Of a stretch of DNA of 64,000 nucleotides, positions 9,937 to 20,236 are shown piece by piece; the stretch's first letter is position 1; each line of letters begins with the position of its first letter. The DNA is from an uncultured Verrucomicrobiae bacterium. GTDB lineage: Bacteria; Verrucomicrobiota; Verrucomicrobiia; Chthoniobacterales; JAFAMB01. Below the pieces are notes generated by a model. It was not told the origin of the DNA and did not search any database. It saw only the letters and a list, made by a program, of their open reading frames with translations. Where the stretch lies: contig CAWEXO010000008.1 in assembly GCA_963813025.1 (NCBI GenBank), positions 96,001 through 160,000 of the forward strand, read 5' to 3'. Both the position numbers and the translations under genes were made by a program.

Positions 9937-10652
9937 TGTGTGTTGAGCAACCCCCCGGTGGCTTGCAGCGCCACCAAGGACTCGGGCGCTGTCACCCAGC
10001 AAGCTAGTGCGCTGCTTTGTGTTGGTGGCAGCGACAGGATGGCCCGCAAATGATCGCCGGATTTCTGCATCGGGCTGGCAAACAGGGCGACGGCAACAAA
10101 GTCGTGCTTTAACTCACGGCCGCGGTTCTCACCTCCCCGGACAGACGACCTTACATCCATCGCGAGGGCAGCGCAGTGCAGTTCGGCCGCTTCCCGGGCT
10201 GAGTCGAATTCGGCCTCGAGTTTTCCGTTATGCAGAACAACCCGCAGCCGACCCGGGTTTGCCCGATCGGCCAACGGCAGATCCTGGCCCGTAAACCAGC
10301 CCTTCCACTCCGTGCCATTGAAGACAAACCCTGGCGTATACGTCGAGGATGATCCCCAAAGGGTCCCATAACTCTCCTGCCGTAAGGTATACTCCCGTTT
10401 CGCAAAACGGTCCTTCCAGCCCAAACTGTCCCAGTAGTCGACGTGAAACGAAACGGGCACTACCTCTTTCCAGAGTCGATCGCTTTTCCCGAGACTGGAG
10501 AGCCAGGTCTCGGCGGGAGGACAACTGCTGCAGCCCTCGGAAGTAAACAGCTCAAGCAGGGAAACATGTTGCGAACCTGAATCAAACGCTGTGTCACCTG
10601 ACGCGGCTCGAAGACAGAGGGCAAGCAGGACTACGAACAAAATTCGGAGCAT
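9927..10652 (-). CDS. DUF1223-family thioredoxin-like exported protein
   Basis: Signal peptide, LELFTSEGCSSCPPA, FHVDYWDSLGWKD, YTP and GGENRGRELKHD. Confidence 0.9.
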   Translation of the reverse strand: MLRILFVVLLALCLRAASGDTAFDSGSQHVSLLELFTSEGCSSCPPAETWLSSLGKSDRLWKEVVPVSFHVDYWDSLGWKDRFAKREYTLRQESYGTLWGSSSTYTPGFVFNGTEWKGWFTGQDLPLADRANPGRLRVVLHNGKLEAEFDSAREAAELHCAALAMDVRSSVRGGENRGRELKHDFVAVALFASPMQKSGDHLRAILSLPPTQSSALACWVTAPESLVALQATGGLLNTQSP

Positions 10653-10760
10653 CGTTTTGAGAAGAGGAAGCAGGAGGCTGTTTATTCCCGCCCCAGTCTT
10701 CCCGCCCGCTATTCGAGCAGGTCCTTGGCCTTGTGCCGGCACAGCGCCGTTGGTCAGTCC

Positions 10761-12229
10761 TCAAAGTGCGGACAAGGATGTTCGCGAAACGAGAGTGGTC
10801 TGTTTCACTCGATTCCTGCGGGCGCCGTTCTGGCTGGCACCGTTGCGCGCCGAGTGATACCGAGGACCTTTGGCTGTGTTTATCGCCAGTTCGAGCATCG
10901 GTCCGGGGAACTTTCGACAGTTTGTCAGCGTTTTATCCAGGGCCTGGACGAAATAGTCCGCTTCTGCGGTTCCAATCACCAGAGGCGGCAGGATCTTTAT
11001 TACATCCATATTATGTCCCCCCACCTGGGTTAGTACGCGATGTTTGCTCAAAAGAGGAACGACGATTAGCTGCGGAAAGAGGGATCTGTCAATCTTGTGG
11101 AGGAGACGCCAAGCCATCTTCAGCTTCAGTTCGGCAGGCTCATGGAATTCAATGGCAATCATCAGTCCTTTGCCTCGAACCTCTTTGATGAAGCTGTGTT
11201 TCGCGCGAAGGCTACGTAAACGTTGAAGTAAAACCTCGCCTATTTCGGCCGATCGGTTGACCAAATTTTCTTCCTCTAAGATGAAGAGAGAGGCTAACCC
11301 GCAAGCCATGGCGAGGTTGTTCCGGCCAAAGGTACTGGAATGGACTACGCAGCGGTCAAGCCGGCTGTAAACCTTTTGGTAGATGCTCCGTCGAGCTGAC
11401 GATTGCCGCGCAGGGTACGTAGCCGCCGCTCAAGCTCTTCGCGACAGTCACGATATCGGGTTCGAGATCCCAGTGCTGAAACCCCCACCATCGGCCAGTC
11501 CGGCCAAGACCGGTTTGTACCTCGTCAGCAATGAGGAGGGTGCCATATTTTCGGCAAAGGATTTGCGCCTCGATGAGAAAATCTTTTGGAGGCAGCTTGA
11601 CGCCCTTACCCTGGATTGGCTCGAAGATGAAGCCAGCCACATCGCGTTTCCGGAGAAGGCTCTCGAGACTGTCCAGATCGCCCAACCGAATCCGGCTGAC
11701 ATCACTCAACAACGGACCGAAACCCTCGTGGAAATTGGAGATAGCGGTCAGAGAAAGTGAACCGTAGGTCAGACCATGATAACCGCCCTGCAAGCTAATG
11801 ATCCGAGGCCGTCCCGTGGCCGCCCGGGCAAACTTGATCGCCGCTTCATTCGCTTCGGTCCCGGAATTGCAGAAAAAGACGGCACCGAGATGGTCGGGAA
11901 GTTTCTTGAGAAGTGCTTCAGCAAGCAAACCGCTGAGGAGTGAACAGTCCAGTTGAACCATGTTTGGCAGATCAAGATCCAGAGCATCCCGGATCGCTTT
12001 TTAATAACCGGATGATTCCGACCCATGTTGAACACGCTGTAGCCGCTCAGGAAATCAAGGTAAGCGTGGCCGGCAGAATCGTAGAGATAAGCGCCTCCGC
12101 ACCGGTATAGATCCGGTCAAAGCCCGTGATTTTCTGGACTTCAACGAAAGTGGGGTTGAGGTGTTGACTGTGGAGTCGGTAATTCTCTCCTTGCCGCTCA
12201 GCGACAAGTTTCTTCAGATCAAACGGCAT
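10761..12229 (-). CDS. Class III PLP aminotransferase, HpnO-like; three frameshifts in this assembly
   Basis: The pieces join into one protein: MPFDLKKL...HLNP, YLDFLSGYSVFNMGRNHP, NSGTEANEAAIK, EPIQGKG, DEVQTGLGRTG, VAKSLSGG, HSSTFGRNNLA, VRGKGLM and IKILPPL. Indels lie near 12094, 12000 and 11395. Confidence 0.8.
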
Positions 12230-12436
12230 TGCATATTCCTTCCGAAGCGCCGATAAAGCCGGACGCTTCACGAAGCGGATATTCTGTGGCAGGCCGTAGG
12301 CGACGTCAAGCGGGCGGCAAGGCCCTCCCAACATCGCTTAGCGACGACAGGTTCTGCCCCGCCGTAGCCGAGCGCAGAAGGCGAAGTGGGTCGTACGTAC
12401 TCCAAGATACCAGTATTACTAAGGAGTAATCCGGGC

Positions 12437-14227
12437 TCAACGATGACAGTGCGTCAGGATCAGGGCCGCGCCAAAGACCAGCAGAGGTAGCAAAGCAGAA
12501 AGGACGATCAACCGGGCGCCGCGCCATTGGGCCTTCCAAAGTTTCGGCGATTGGAGATGTTTTGCCCGTTCAGTCACTTTGACTGAATCCGGGTCATCAA
12601 GTTCGGCCTTCATTGCCAGTGCCGATGAATACCGCCGGTGAGGCTCGCGCTCCATGGCGTGAAGAATGATCTCCTCCAGTTCCTCGGAGATTTCCGGATT
12701 TCGTTTTCGAGGAGCGACCGGGTCGCCGGTCAGCCGGGAATTCATCACAATGAAGGGGTTCGGTCCGTCGAAAGGGGTATGCCCGGTCGTCATCTCGTAG
12801 AGCATGGCTCCAAGGCTGTAGATATCGGTGCGCTCATCCCCTCGCCAGCCTTTGACTTGTTCGGGCGCCATATAGTCGGGCGTACCCATCGTAGTGCTGA
12901 ATCCCGCGAAAGTGAGCCGTCGCATCGCGGAGGATTTGGCAATGCCAAAGTCGATGATCTTCACCGAACTATCCTTACAGATCATGACATTCTGCGGCTT
13001 CATATCCCGATGAATAACCTTGTTCTCGTGCATGTGAGCGAGCGCCGAGCACAAGGACGAAGCAATCTTGACGGCATCGTCGATCGGCAAGGGGCGGACC
13101 TGATCCATGACTTCACTAAGCGTCTTGCCCTCCAAGTACTCCATGACGATGTAGGGGCGGCTTTGATCCGGTACATCGATAAACCGCAGAATGTTCGGAT
13201 GCTTGAGTCGCTTGCCAATCTCGGCTTCTCGTTCGAACCGGGAAAACGATGCCGGATCGGATTCGAACTGTAGATGAGGAATCTTGATCGCGACCGTTTG
13301 ATTGGTCTGCATATCCATCGCCCGGTAGATCGAGGCCATACCGCTGCGCCCGATCACACTTTCGATCCAGAATCTGTTGTCCAGGAGGTCCCCTGCCTGT
13401 ATTTCTTGTGCCATCTCAGCCGGCTTCTCTTCGCGTACTCCCTTGAGAAAAGAAAGACCAGTTTCATACCTCGGCTCGTTGAGCCGGTCAACCTGAACAA
13501 CCTGAACAGAAAGGTTGTCGTCGGTACCACGCCGTTCTGCCAATGAGATCAGATAGGGGCAGATTTCATCCAGATTGAGGCGATCGACTCCTTCCGAAAT
13601 TTCCGCATCGCCAACAAAACAGTAAAGTCCATCGGTGCACTGCACGATACGGTCGCGGGAGTTCAGCTTCAATTTTCGGAAATCAAAGCGGACGATGGGT
13701 TCGGGACCGACACTGCGTGTGAGGATGGAACGCAAGTGGCTGGCGCGCGCCTCCTGTTCGGTGATAAGTCTGAGTTTCAGCTGAACGCCGGTATAAGAAT
13801 GGTCGTTGGTCAAACGCCGAATCTCTTCGTTTCTGACCAGATAGACGCGCGTGTCGCCCACGTGCGCGATGGCAAGTTCCTTCTCGCGAAAAAGGCAGGC
13901 GGTCAGCGTTGTGGCCATGCGTCCGCCTCGAGGATCACTCATCCCTGCCTCATAAAGAGCCAGGTTCACCTGATCGAAGATCTCTTTGAGAATGTGCTTT
14001 GGCGAGAGGCTCGGATCGACTTTTTGGAAAACCTCGAGACCGATTCTGATCGCAGCCTGACTGGCTTCGTCACCGTGCTTGCTTCCGCCAACACCGTCGG
14101 CTGCCAAAGCCAGCGCACCACGCCGCCGGCGGTCCACGGGGTCATCGGGTTGCCAAAAAACCAAACAATCTTCGTTCTTCTCACGCTTCGGGCCGGCGGA
14201 AGACTGCGAGAAAACGCTCAACTCCAT
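12437..14227 (-). CDS. Fused PP2C-family phosphatase / Hanks Ser-Thr kinase with C-terminal TM helix
   Basis: PP2C motifs REKNED, ADGVGG, AHVGDTRVY, TDGL and TDDNLS. Kinase motifs GRSGMA, VAIK, HRDMKPQN, DFG, GTPDYMAPE and DIYSLG. Hydrophobic C-terminus. Confidence 0.93.
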   Translation of the reverse strand: MELSVFSQSSAGPKREKNEDCLVFWQPDDPVDRRRRGALALAADGVGGSKHGDEASQAAIRIGLEVFQKVDPSLSPKHILKEIFDQVNLALYEAGMSDPRGGRMATTLTACLFREKELAIAHVGDTRVYLVRNEEIRRLTNDHSYTGVQLKLRLITEQEARASHLRSILTRSVGPEPIVRFDFRKLKLNSRDRIVQCTDGLYCFVGDAEISEGVDRLNLDEICPYLISLAERRGTDDNLSVQVVQVDRLNEPRYETGLSFLKGVREEKPAEMAQEIQAGDLLDNRFWIESVIGRSGMASIYRAMDMQTNQTVAIKIPHLQFESDPASFSRFEREAEIGKRLKHPNILRFIDVPDQSRPYIVMEYLEGKTLSEVMDQVRPLPIDDAVKIASSLCSALAHMHENKVIHRDMKPQNVMICKDSSVKIIDFGIAKSSAMRRLTFAGFSTTMGTPDYMAPEQVKGWRGDERTDIYSLGAMLYEMTTGHTPFDGPNPFIVMNSRLTGDPVAPRKRNPEISEELEEIILHAMEREPHRRYSSALAMKAELDDPDSVKVTERAKHLQSPKLWKAQWRGARLIVLSALLPLLVFGAALILTHCHR

Positions 14228-14235
14228 CGTCCGTA

Positions 14236-14265
14236 CACTGCCACGTCCCGGAAGACGTGGCAGTG
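14236..14265. other. 12-bp perfect hairpin 8 nt upstream of the kinase/phosphatase ATG
   Basis: cactgccacgtc-ccggaa-gacgtggcagtg, with no U-tract. Confidence 0.6.
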
Positions 14266-14416
14266 CATTGTTGAAATTAATCCAGCCTGGTTAGGGATAA
14301 ACACAGCCGGTTGAGAGGATTCAGGCAAACCCAAGCCGCTGCGATCGGGAAAACCAGCACCCAGCGCTAGGCTTATCAGCTAATTCTTCTTGGTCCGAGG
14401 CGCGGCTTCGCCAGGT

Positions 14417-16261
14417 CTAGGCGCTCGCCGGCGCATCAGCAAAGACCGATTTTTCCTTCTTTTTGCTCGATGTGAAGAAGTAAAACCCGCCGTAAATGCC
14501 CCAGATCGCGACCAGACCCAGCGCAATATATGGCTCTTTGAAACTCATACCAGCAACGGACAAAGGCCCAATCAGGTAAAAGAGCATACAGAGAAGATTG
14601 GCCAGAAGACCAAAGACTGGAATGGCCAGGTGTTTAACTCCGTTAAACATGTGATGCTGCCGAAAGGCGACGATCGCGACAATGCAGGTCATCATGTAGA
14701 GCAAAAATGTCCCGAAGTTGCTGGTCAGGGTAATGATCAGAAGGCTTTGCGGAATATTGGCCGCGGCATCGTGCGGGAAAATCCCGAAGCTGTACCAGAT
14801 GTTTTTCGGGAGCGTCTTGATGGTATCATCGGCCACCGCGGCGCCGCCGCAGAAGTACAGGAGCACCCCGAAGATCCCCAAAATGGCAGAGATGACGCAG
14901 AGCGTCCAGATCGACCGGTGCGGCGTGAGGTTTTTGCCATGCAACATTCCAAAATGGGACGGCACCTCTTGGTCACGGCCCATCGCGTACGTCACGCGGG
15001 CTCCCGTATTAATGCAAGCTAAGGTCGTCCCGACCAAGGCCAGAAATACGGTAATCGCTATAATGAACATGAACCACCAGCCGGCCTGGGGACTTCCAAA
15101 TGCCCATGTGCCGGCGAGCTGTATCATATCGCCGATCGGCGCGGGCGACCCCGCGGCCTGGGTCATCGTATACCCGCTATTGAGGAAGTAGTTTGCGCCG
15201 AAATATTCGAAGAGGTAACAAATTACGCCCTGAATCATAAGCGAGAGCAGCACCGCGCGAGGAATATCGCGTTTCGCGTTTTTCGCCTCCTCCCCCATCG
15301 ACGTCACCGATTCGAAGCCTACGAGAATCAGAATGGCAACGCACGCCTGCACGATGACATAACTGAAGCCGTGCGGTGTGATCACGGAGGCGGCCGTAGG
15401 GTGAAACTGGAACGTCGGCGTCGGATTCTTCGGATCACTCCCTTTTGTAACCGCCTGGTCCGGCGCATAGGTCACGGTGAAATCCTTGTCTGACCCATCC
15501 GCGTTCTTTTCGAAAACATAATTACCATCCTTATCCTTCTTCGGAACGGTCGTGACATTGCCCTTGTCGTCCTTCGTAGTTTCCATCGCGATGACCTTTG
15601 TGGTCGGAACACCGTCCGGATTAAGGGTCACGGCCTTCGAGCCCTCCGCGTGATTGACTCGGTAGGCAATCGCGATGCTGGCGAACACGACGAGCGCCGT
15701 AATCTGAATCACATTGATTGCCATATTCACTGCCGTCGAGCCGGTGACTCCACGATAGGCAATCCAGCCTACAAAAAATGGAAACACGATCGCGAAGAGG
15801 ATCATGAGTAGCGGACTAGGCACCGCCGCGTTGAACACCGTCGGAAAAAGCTCTCCAGCAAGATAACCGACCAGGAGCGCGGTAACCGCAACCATCACAC
15901 CGGGATAAATCCAGTAGTAGAGATGGCTGGCCCAACCCACCATGAACTTCGCGATCCGAGCAAACTTGTAGGCTTTTGCTTTTGATAAGAAAGCCTGTTC
16001 GGCGAAGAAGTAGGAGGATCCTGCGCCGGGGTAAAGTTTCGACAATTCCGCATACGAGATGGCGGTGGCGAAACACAGCAATAGCGCGACAACGATGCCG
16101 AACCACATTGAGCTGCCGGCCATGGGCGCGCCGTAGAGGCATTGTTGTGCGAAGGTTAACCAAAGGAACGCGCCGGGCGCGATCAGCGCCATGGCGTTTA
16201 CGGTCAGCCCTGTTAAGCCGAGGGTCGGCTTCGCTTGGGTAGTCTGGGTAGTTTCGGGCAT
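14417..16261 (-). CDS. APC-family permease with a ~90-aa hydrophilic loop insertion
   Basis: ATG 16261 (MPETTQ), YAELSKLYPGAGSSY, LVGFESVTSMGEEAKNAKRDIPRA and ARVTYAMGRD. About 12 TM helices. Confidence 0.92.
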   Translation of the reverse strand: MPETTQTTQAKPTLGLTGLTVNAMALIAPGAFLWLTFAQQCLYGAPMAGSSMWFGIVVALLLCFATAISYAELSKLYPGAGSSYFFAEQAFLSKAKAYKFARIAKFMVGWASHLYYWIYPGVMVAVTALLVGYLAGELFPTVFNAAVPSPLLMILFAIVFPFFVGWIAYRGVTGSTAVNMAINVIQITALVVFASIAIAYRVNHAEGSKAVTLNPDGVPTTKVIAMETTKDDKGNVTTVPKKDKDGNYVFEKNADGSDKDFTVTYAPDQAVTKGSDPKNPTPTFQFHPTAASVITPHGFSYVIVQACVAILILVGFESVTSMGEEAKNAKRDIPRAVLLSLMIQGVICYLFEYFGANYFLNSGYTMTQAAGSPAPIGDMIQLAGTWAFGSPQAGWWFMFIIAITVFLALVGTTLACINTGARVTYAMGRDQEVPSHFGMLHGKNLTPHRSIWTLCVISAILGIFGVLLYFCGGAAVADDTIKTLPKNIWYSFGIFPHDAAANIPQSLLIITLTSNFGTFLLYMMTCIVAIVAFRQHHMFNGVKHLAIPVFGLLANLLCMLFYLIGPLSVAGMSFKEPYIALGLVAIWGIYGGFYFFTSSKKKEKSVFADAPASA

Positions 16262-16313
16262 AATTGATTTGGAGCGAGGTGGCGGATTGAATTGAATTTG
16301 ATGGTGGAGGAGC

Positions 16314-16330
16314 AGCATCCGTCATGCCAG
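16314..16330 (-). promoter_or_regulatory. Putative sigma-54 (-24/-12) promoter of the APC permease
   Basis: The minus strand reads CTGGCATGACGGATGCT, with exact GG-N10-GC spacing, about 50 nt upstream of the ATG. Confidence 0.65.
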
Positions 16331-16593
16331 CGTGACGACCCTTGGCCTGCGCCGTGGGCAGAGAAATCCGTTTTTTCAGCCGATCGTCGTTGCGATCCAG
16401 CTTTTGTATTTTTGATCAGCCTGCGAACAATCCTCCAGTCCGCAGTCAAACAATCACCAGATCTGGCGAGAATTAGCCAGCTATCTAGCACCCAGCCAAA
16501 AAACGCCAACTCTCCTGGCGATCTCCGAGATTGGGGGATCCAGAGGCAGCTCAGGGGAGAATTCTATTGGCTCGGCCAATTCGGGCAAAGAAA

Positions 16594-16756
16594 GTCTTGG
16601 AGTGCGTGCGACTTGTCGCCGCTTTAGGATCGCGCGGGGCGCGACTCAGGCCGATAACTGAATCAGAGAATGCGGAGCTCCCGGCGAAAGACGCCTCTTC
16701 GGCAGCCGCGCTGCGCGAGGTCTCAAAGCGGCGACAAGTCGCACGCACTCCAAGAC
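16594..16756. repeat. Perfect 32-bp inverted repeat (REP/REPIN-like palindrome)
   Basis: gtcttggagtgcgtgcgacttgtcgccgcttt (16594-16625) and its exact reverse complement (16725-16756), with a 99-bp spacer. Confidence 0.9.
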
Positions 16757-16886
16757 GCAAAGCGAATTGGTACCTCTCTCGTTTTCGGTCGGTGCTCCGA
16801 AGCCCGGCCCGAAACCTGCTCCCCGCGACCTTGCCTTAACCGCGTTCCCTTCCGCGGTCCATGACAAGAGTTAAAATCAATTATCC

Positions 16887-18218
16887 ATGCATGCTCGACC
16901 TACGGGAATCAAACACCACTGTACCGCGTCCCTGCTTGCCCTGCTTTGCAGTGTGGCCGGACTTGCGGAACATAGTTTTGCCGCCGATGCGAACGCTCCG
17001 GCGGATGCGACCGCGCCTGCGGATGTAACCAAGGTAGCCGACGGAAAAGAAACGAAAGAGGTAGTAAAAAAAGCTGCGGAAACCAAACCACCGGAACCGC
17101 GCTTCAAGCTTTACGGATGGATCGAAGCTGGTCTGACCGGCAATCCGCGCTCGCCGCTGGACAATCACAATTTCGGTCAGCTGTATACGGATCGCGCCAA
17201 TGAATTTTTGCTCAATCAATTATCGCTAGTGGCGGAGCGCGCGCTTGATCCGAACGCCACTGGTTTTGACTGGGGATTTAAAGTTTGGTTCATGTATGGG
17301 AGTGACGCTCGCTATACCAAAACGGTCGGTATGTTGGACCTGGTGACGAATGAGCGCGTTCAACCCGATTTCCCCGAGGTCTACCTTAGTCTGCACTTGC
17401 CGGTGCTGACGGCAGGCGGACTTGATCTCAAGCTGGGCAAGTATGCTGATCCGATGAGCGCGGAGACGATCGATCCGCGCAGCAACGTATTCTACTCGCA
17501 CAGCTACATCTTTAACTTTGGCGTACCGACAACCAACCTCGGAGTCCTAGGCGTCCAACACGTCACCAAATGGCTCGATATTTATGCCGGCGTAAACCGT
17601 GGGGTGAACACGAGCATCGATGATAACAATGACTCCGTTTCATTCGAGGGCGGGTTCGGCCTGAACCTTCTGGACGGGAACCTGACGACAGTAGCACTGA
17701 CCCACATCGGACCGGAAAACCCGAATAACAATCATGACTGGCGTTTTCTGAACGACGTCACCACAACCTGGAAAATCACCAAGGCCCTGACTTCTATTAC
17801 CGATCTGAATCTCATCTATGATCAGCTGCCGGGGGCGGGCTATGGATATGGCGTAGCTCAGTATCTGACGTATGCCATCAACGATTTCGTCACGGCTGGA
17901 TTCCGCGGCGAAGTCTGGCGTGACGAGCAAGGATTCTACGTGGCTCAGTTCCGCGCAAATAACGATTTTATCCACCTTCTCCGCGGCGATATCCCGGCCC
18001 CCGATCCCAGTACTCGGGGCGGCGGCAAAACCACCTACCTCGGACTGACTTTCGGGCTGACGTTCAAACCGCCTCTGCCGAAGCCATTCGCCGGCCTACT
18101 GATTCGTCCGGAGGTCAGGTATGACCGCGCTTTGACCGACACCAGGCCCTTTCTCGGTTCTGACACATTTAAACAGGACCAGATCACACTAGCTTTCGAC
18201 GCCGTCCTGGAATTCTAA
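16887..18218 (+). CDS. Outer-membrane beta-barrel porin (BBP2/DUF1597-like)
   Basis: Signal peptide, FKLYGWIEAG, LNQLSL, YGSDARY, NVFYSHSY, IRPEVRYD and terminal Phe (AVLEF). Confidence 0.85.
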   Translation: MHARPTGIKHHCTASLLALLCSVAGLAEHSFAADANAPADATAPADVTKVADGKETKEVVKKAAETKPPEPRFKLYGWIEAGLTGNPRSPLDNHNFGQLYTDRANEFLLNQLSLVAERALDPNATGFDWGFKVWFMYGSDARYTKTVGMLDLVTNERVQPDFPEVYLSLHLPVLTAGGLDLKLGKYADPMSAETIDPRSNVFYSHSYIFNFGVPTTNLGVLGVQHVTKWLDIYAGVNRGVNTSIDDNNDSVSFEGGFGLNLLDGNLTTVALTHIGPENPNNNHDWRFLNDVTTTWKITKALTSITDLNLIYDQLPGAGYGYGVAQYLTYAINDFVTAGFRGEVWRDEQGFYVAQFRANNDFIHLLRGDIPAPDPSTRGGGKTTYLGLTFGLTFKPPLPKPFAGLLIRPEVRYDRALTDTRPFLGSDTFKQDQITLAFDAVLEF

Positions 18219-18231
18219 TCCGTTAAAGGAG

Positions 18232-20208
18232 TTACACTTGGCCGCCGGAGCGGAGACTCCGGCGGTCGCCTGATCGTACCGTGAGACCTTCCCGGTCCAG
18301 CTTTTCCAGGAGCGGGACCATGATTCGACGGGTGCTTCCGCTGGCTTGACGCAACTCGCTCACCGTGGCCGACGGCTTTTGCTGAAGGTACTGAACGATG
18401 GCCGTCCTGATCCGCGAGAAGCCGATGCGGGAAAGGTAGACCCCGGAGCTGAGTTCGATCAGATCACCCCGAGTACGCAAAAACCGCAGTGCTTCGCGGG
18501 CCGCTGGACCCGTCGGCAATTCCGTCAGCGATGGAGGCTGGACCGAATTCTCCAGAAACGCGGTTTGCAGCCGGGCACAGGCGTCTCGCAGACGATCCGG
18601 CATCGATGGCATATGCGAGCGCGCGCGCAAACAATTCTCAGAAACTTCGTAACCCTGGCTGGCGAGATCCTTCAGTAAGGCTTCGCAGAGAGTCGGTTGA
18701 CGGAACTCTCCCGGCAATCGAGAGCGCAATTTTGTCAGTGGTAGACCCGGAGTTTCCGGAGCAGCGGTATGTTGTCGGTCTACCTCTTCGACCGCCCGGC
18801 AAAGCACGGCCCGCCACCACTGGCGCTCTACCACGTAGTCTGTCAGCAAGCAAATAGCGTCCGCGTGACGCAATTCTTCAAGCGCAGCCGAAATCTGCGA
18901 CAGGGAAAATTGGGATCGAACGAGCAAATCTGCGCGGCGCGAGACGTGGTCTCGGGCGAGCGTGGCTTGGATAAGTTCGGCCGGGTCCGCAAGGTTGTTG
19001 GCTGCCCGGGTCAGAAAAGAGCGGTGCCTCTCGTTTCGAAAATGGCGACGCCGCGCCGACGGATCCAGAATGATTCCGCCTGCTACGGTGAATCGATTGG
19101 CGGCATCCCGTAGAATAAATCGATCTCCCGCAAACGCGAAAATGGGAGCTCCGAGACGAACCTGTCCCAGCGTGGTTGCTCCGGGTTCGACCGGTGTTTT
19201 ATCGAGGAGGACCAGGCGCCCGGCTACTTGGGCGCTGCCGTGGTGAAACAGGACCGGCATGCCATTGGCGAGAGGCACAGAAGACGGATTGGACCGATTG
19301 CGCCGCGCGGATCGTTTGAGTTCAACTTCCAACGTCTCCGCCGGTTCCCCGAAACCGGGCCGCGTCACCACATCGCCCCTTCGAAGGTGCTCCACCGCGA
19401 GATCAACCAGGTTGAGCGCCAGACGCGTGCCGGGGCCCCCTCGGCTGCATTCGCGTCCGTAGCTTTGGATCGAGCGAATCCGAGCGAGCTTTTGGCTCGG
19501 CTGGATGAGGACCGTCTCGCCTGGGGCGAACTCGCCTCCGATCGGTGTTCCCGTCACGACTGTGCCCAAGCCCTTCAAGGTAAACACGCGATCGACCGGC
19601 AAACGTGGTTTCCCGGAGACGGACTGTCGGGGCCTTGCCAGAAGGCAATCGGCGAGTGCCTGCCTGAGTTCTGCTATTCCGGCGCCGGTTAAAGCAGAGA
19701 CCGGAAGGACTGGAGCAGTCGCGTAGCGACTTGACTCGAGCTGCCGACCAACTTCTTGACCCACAGTTTCCGGATCCTCAACCAGATCGCATTTCGTCAG
19801 CACGAACAGGAGACTCGGCACGGCGAGATACTCGAGGATCTGCAAATGTTCCTCGGTTTGGGGCATCCAACCCTCGTCGGCCGCCACCACGAGAAGAGCG
19901 GCATCGACAGCGCCGACCCCGGCGATCATATTCCTGACGAAATCCTCATGGCCGGGAACATCGACAATGCCAATCTCGGGGCACGGTCCAGCGGCGGCGG
20001 CCTCGGTCAGGAAAAAATGAGTGAATCCAAGCTCAACCGTCAAGCCCCGCGCCTTTTCCGCCGGCAATCGATCTGGTTCAAGGCCGGTAAGGGCCCGCAC
20101 TAACGCGCTCTTTCCATGATCAACGTGGCCGGCGGTGGCAATGATAGCGCTCCGGCACGTCAGGCAGGCCTCTCGTTCAGCTGCTGATACGCCGTTGTGA
20201 GTCAGCAT
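18232..20208 (-). CDS. selB: Selenocysteine-specific elongation factor SelB
   Basis: ATAGHVDHGKS, RGLTVELGF, DVPGHEDFVRNM, MPQTEEHL, TKCD, and a C-terminal winged helix (STRRIMVPLLEKLDREGLTVRSGDRR). Confidence 0.95.
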   Translation of the reverse strand: MLTHNGVSAAEREACLTCRSAIIATAGHVDHGKSALVRALTGLEPDRLPAEKARGLTVELGFTHFFLTEAAAAGPCPEIGIVDVPGHEDFVRNMIAGVGAVDAALLVVAADEGWMPQTEEHLQILEYLAVPSLLFVLTKCDLVEDPETVGQEVGRQLESSRYATAPVLPVSALTGAGIAELRQALADCLLARPRQSVSGKPRLPVDRVFTLKGLGTVVTGTPIGGEFAPGETVLIQPSQKLARIRSIQSYGRECSRGGPGTRLALNLVDLAVEHLRRGDVVTRPGFGEPAETLEVELKRSARRNRSNPSSVPLANGMPVLFHHGSAQVAGRLVLLDKTPVEPGATTLGQVRLGAPIFAFAGDRFILRDAANRFTVAGGIILDPSARRRHFRNERHRSFLTRAANNLADPAELIQATLARDHVSRRADLLVRSQFSLSQISAALEELRHADAICLLTDYVVERQWWRAVLCRAVEEVDRQHTAAPETPGLPLTKLRSRLPGEFRQPTLCEALLKDLASQGYEVSENCLRARSHMPSMPDRLRDACARLQTAFLENSVQPPSLTELPTGPAAREALRFLRTRGDLIELSSGVYLSRIGFSRIRTAIVQYLQQKPSATVSELRQASGSTRRIMVPLLEKLDREGLTVRSGDRRSLRSGGQV

Positions 20209-20236
20209 GGGATCTGTGAAGAAGCGCTAGTGCACT

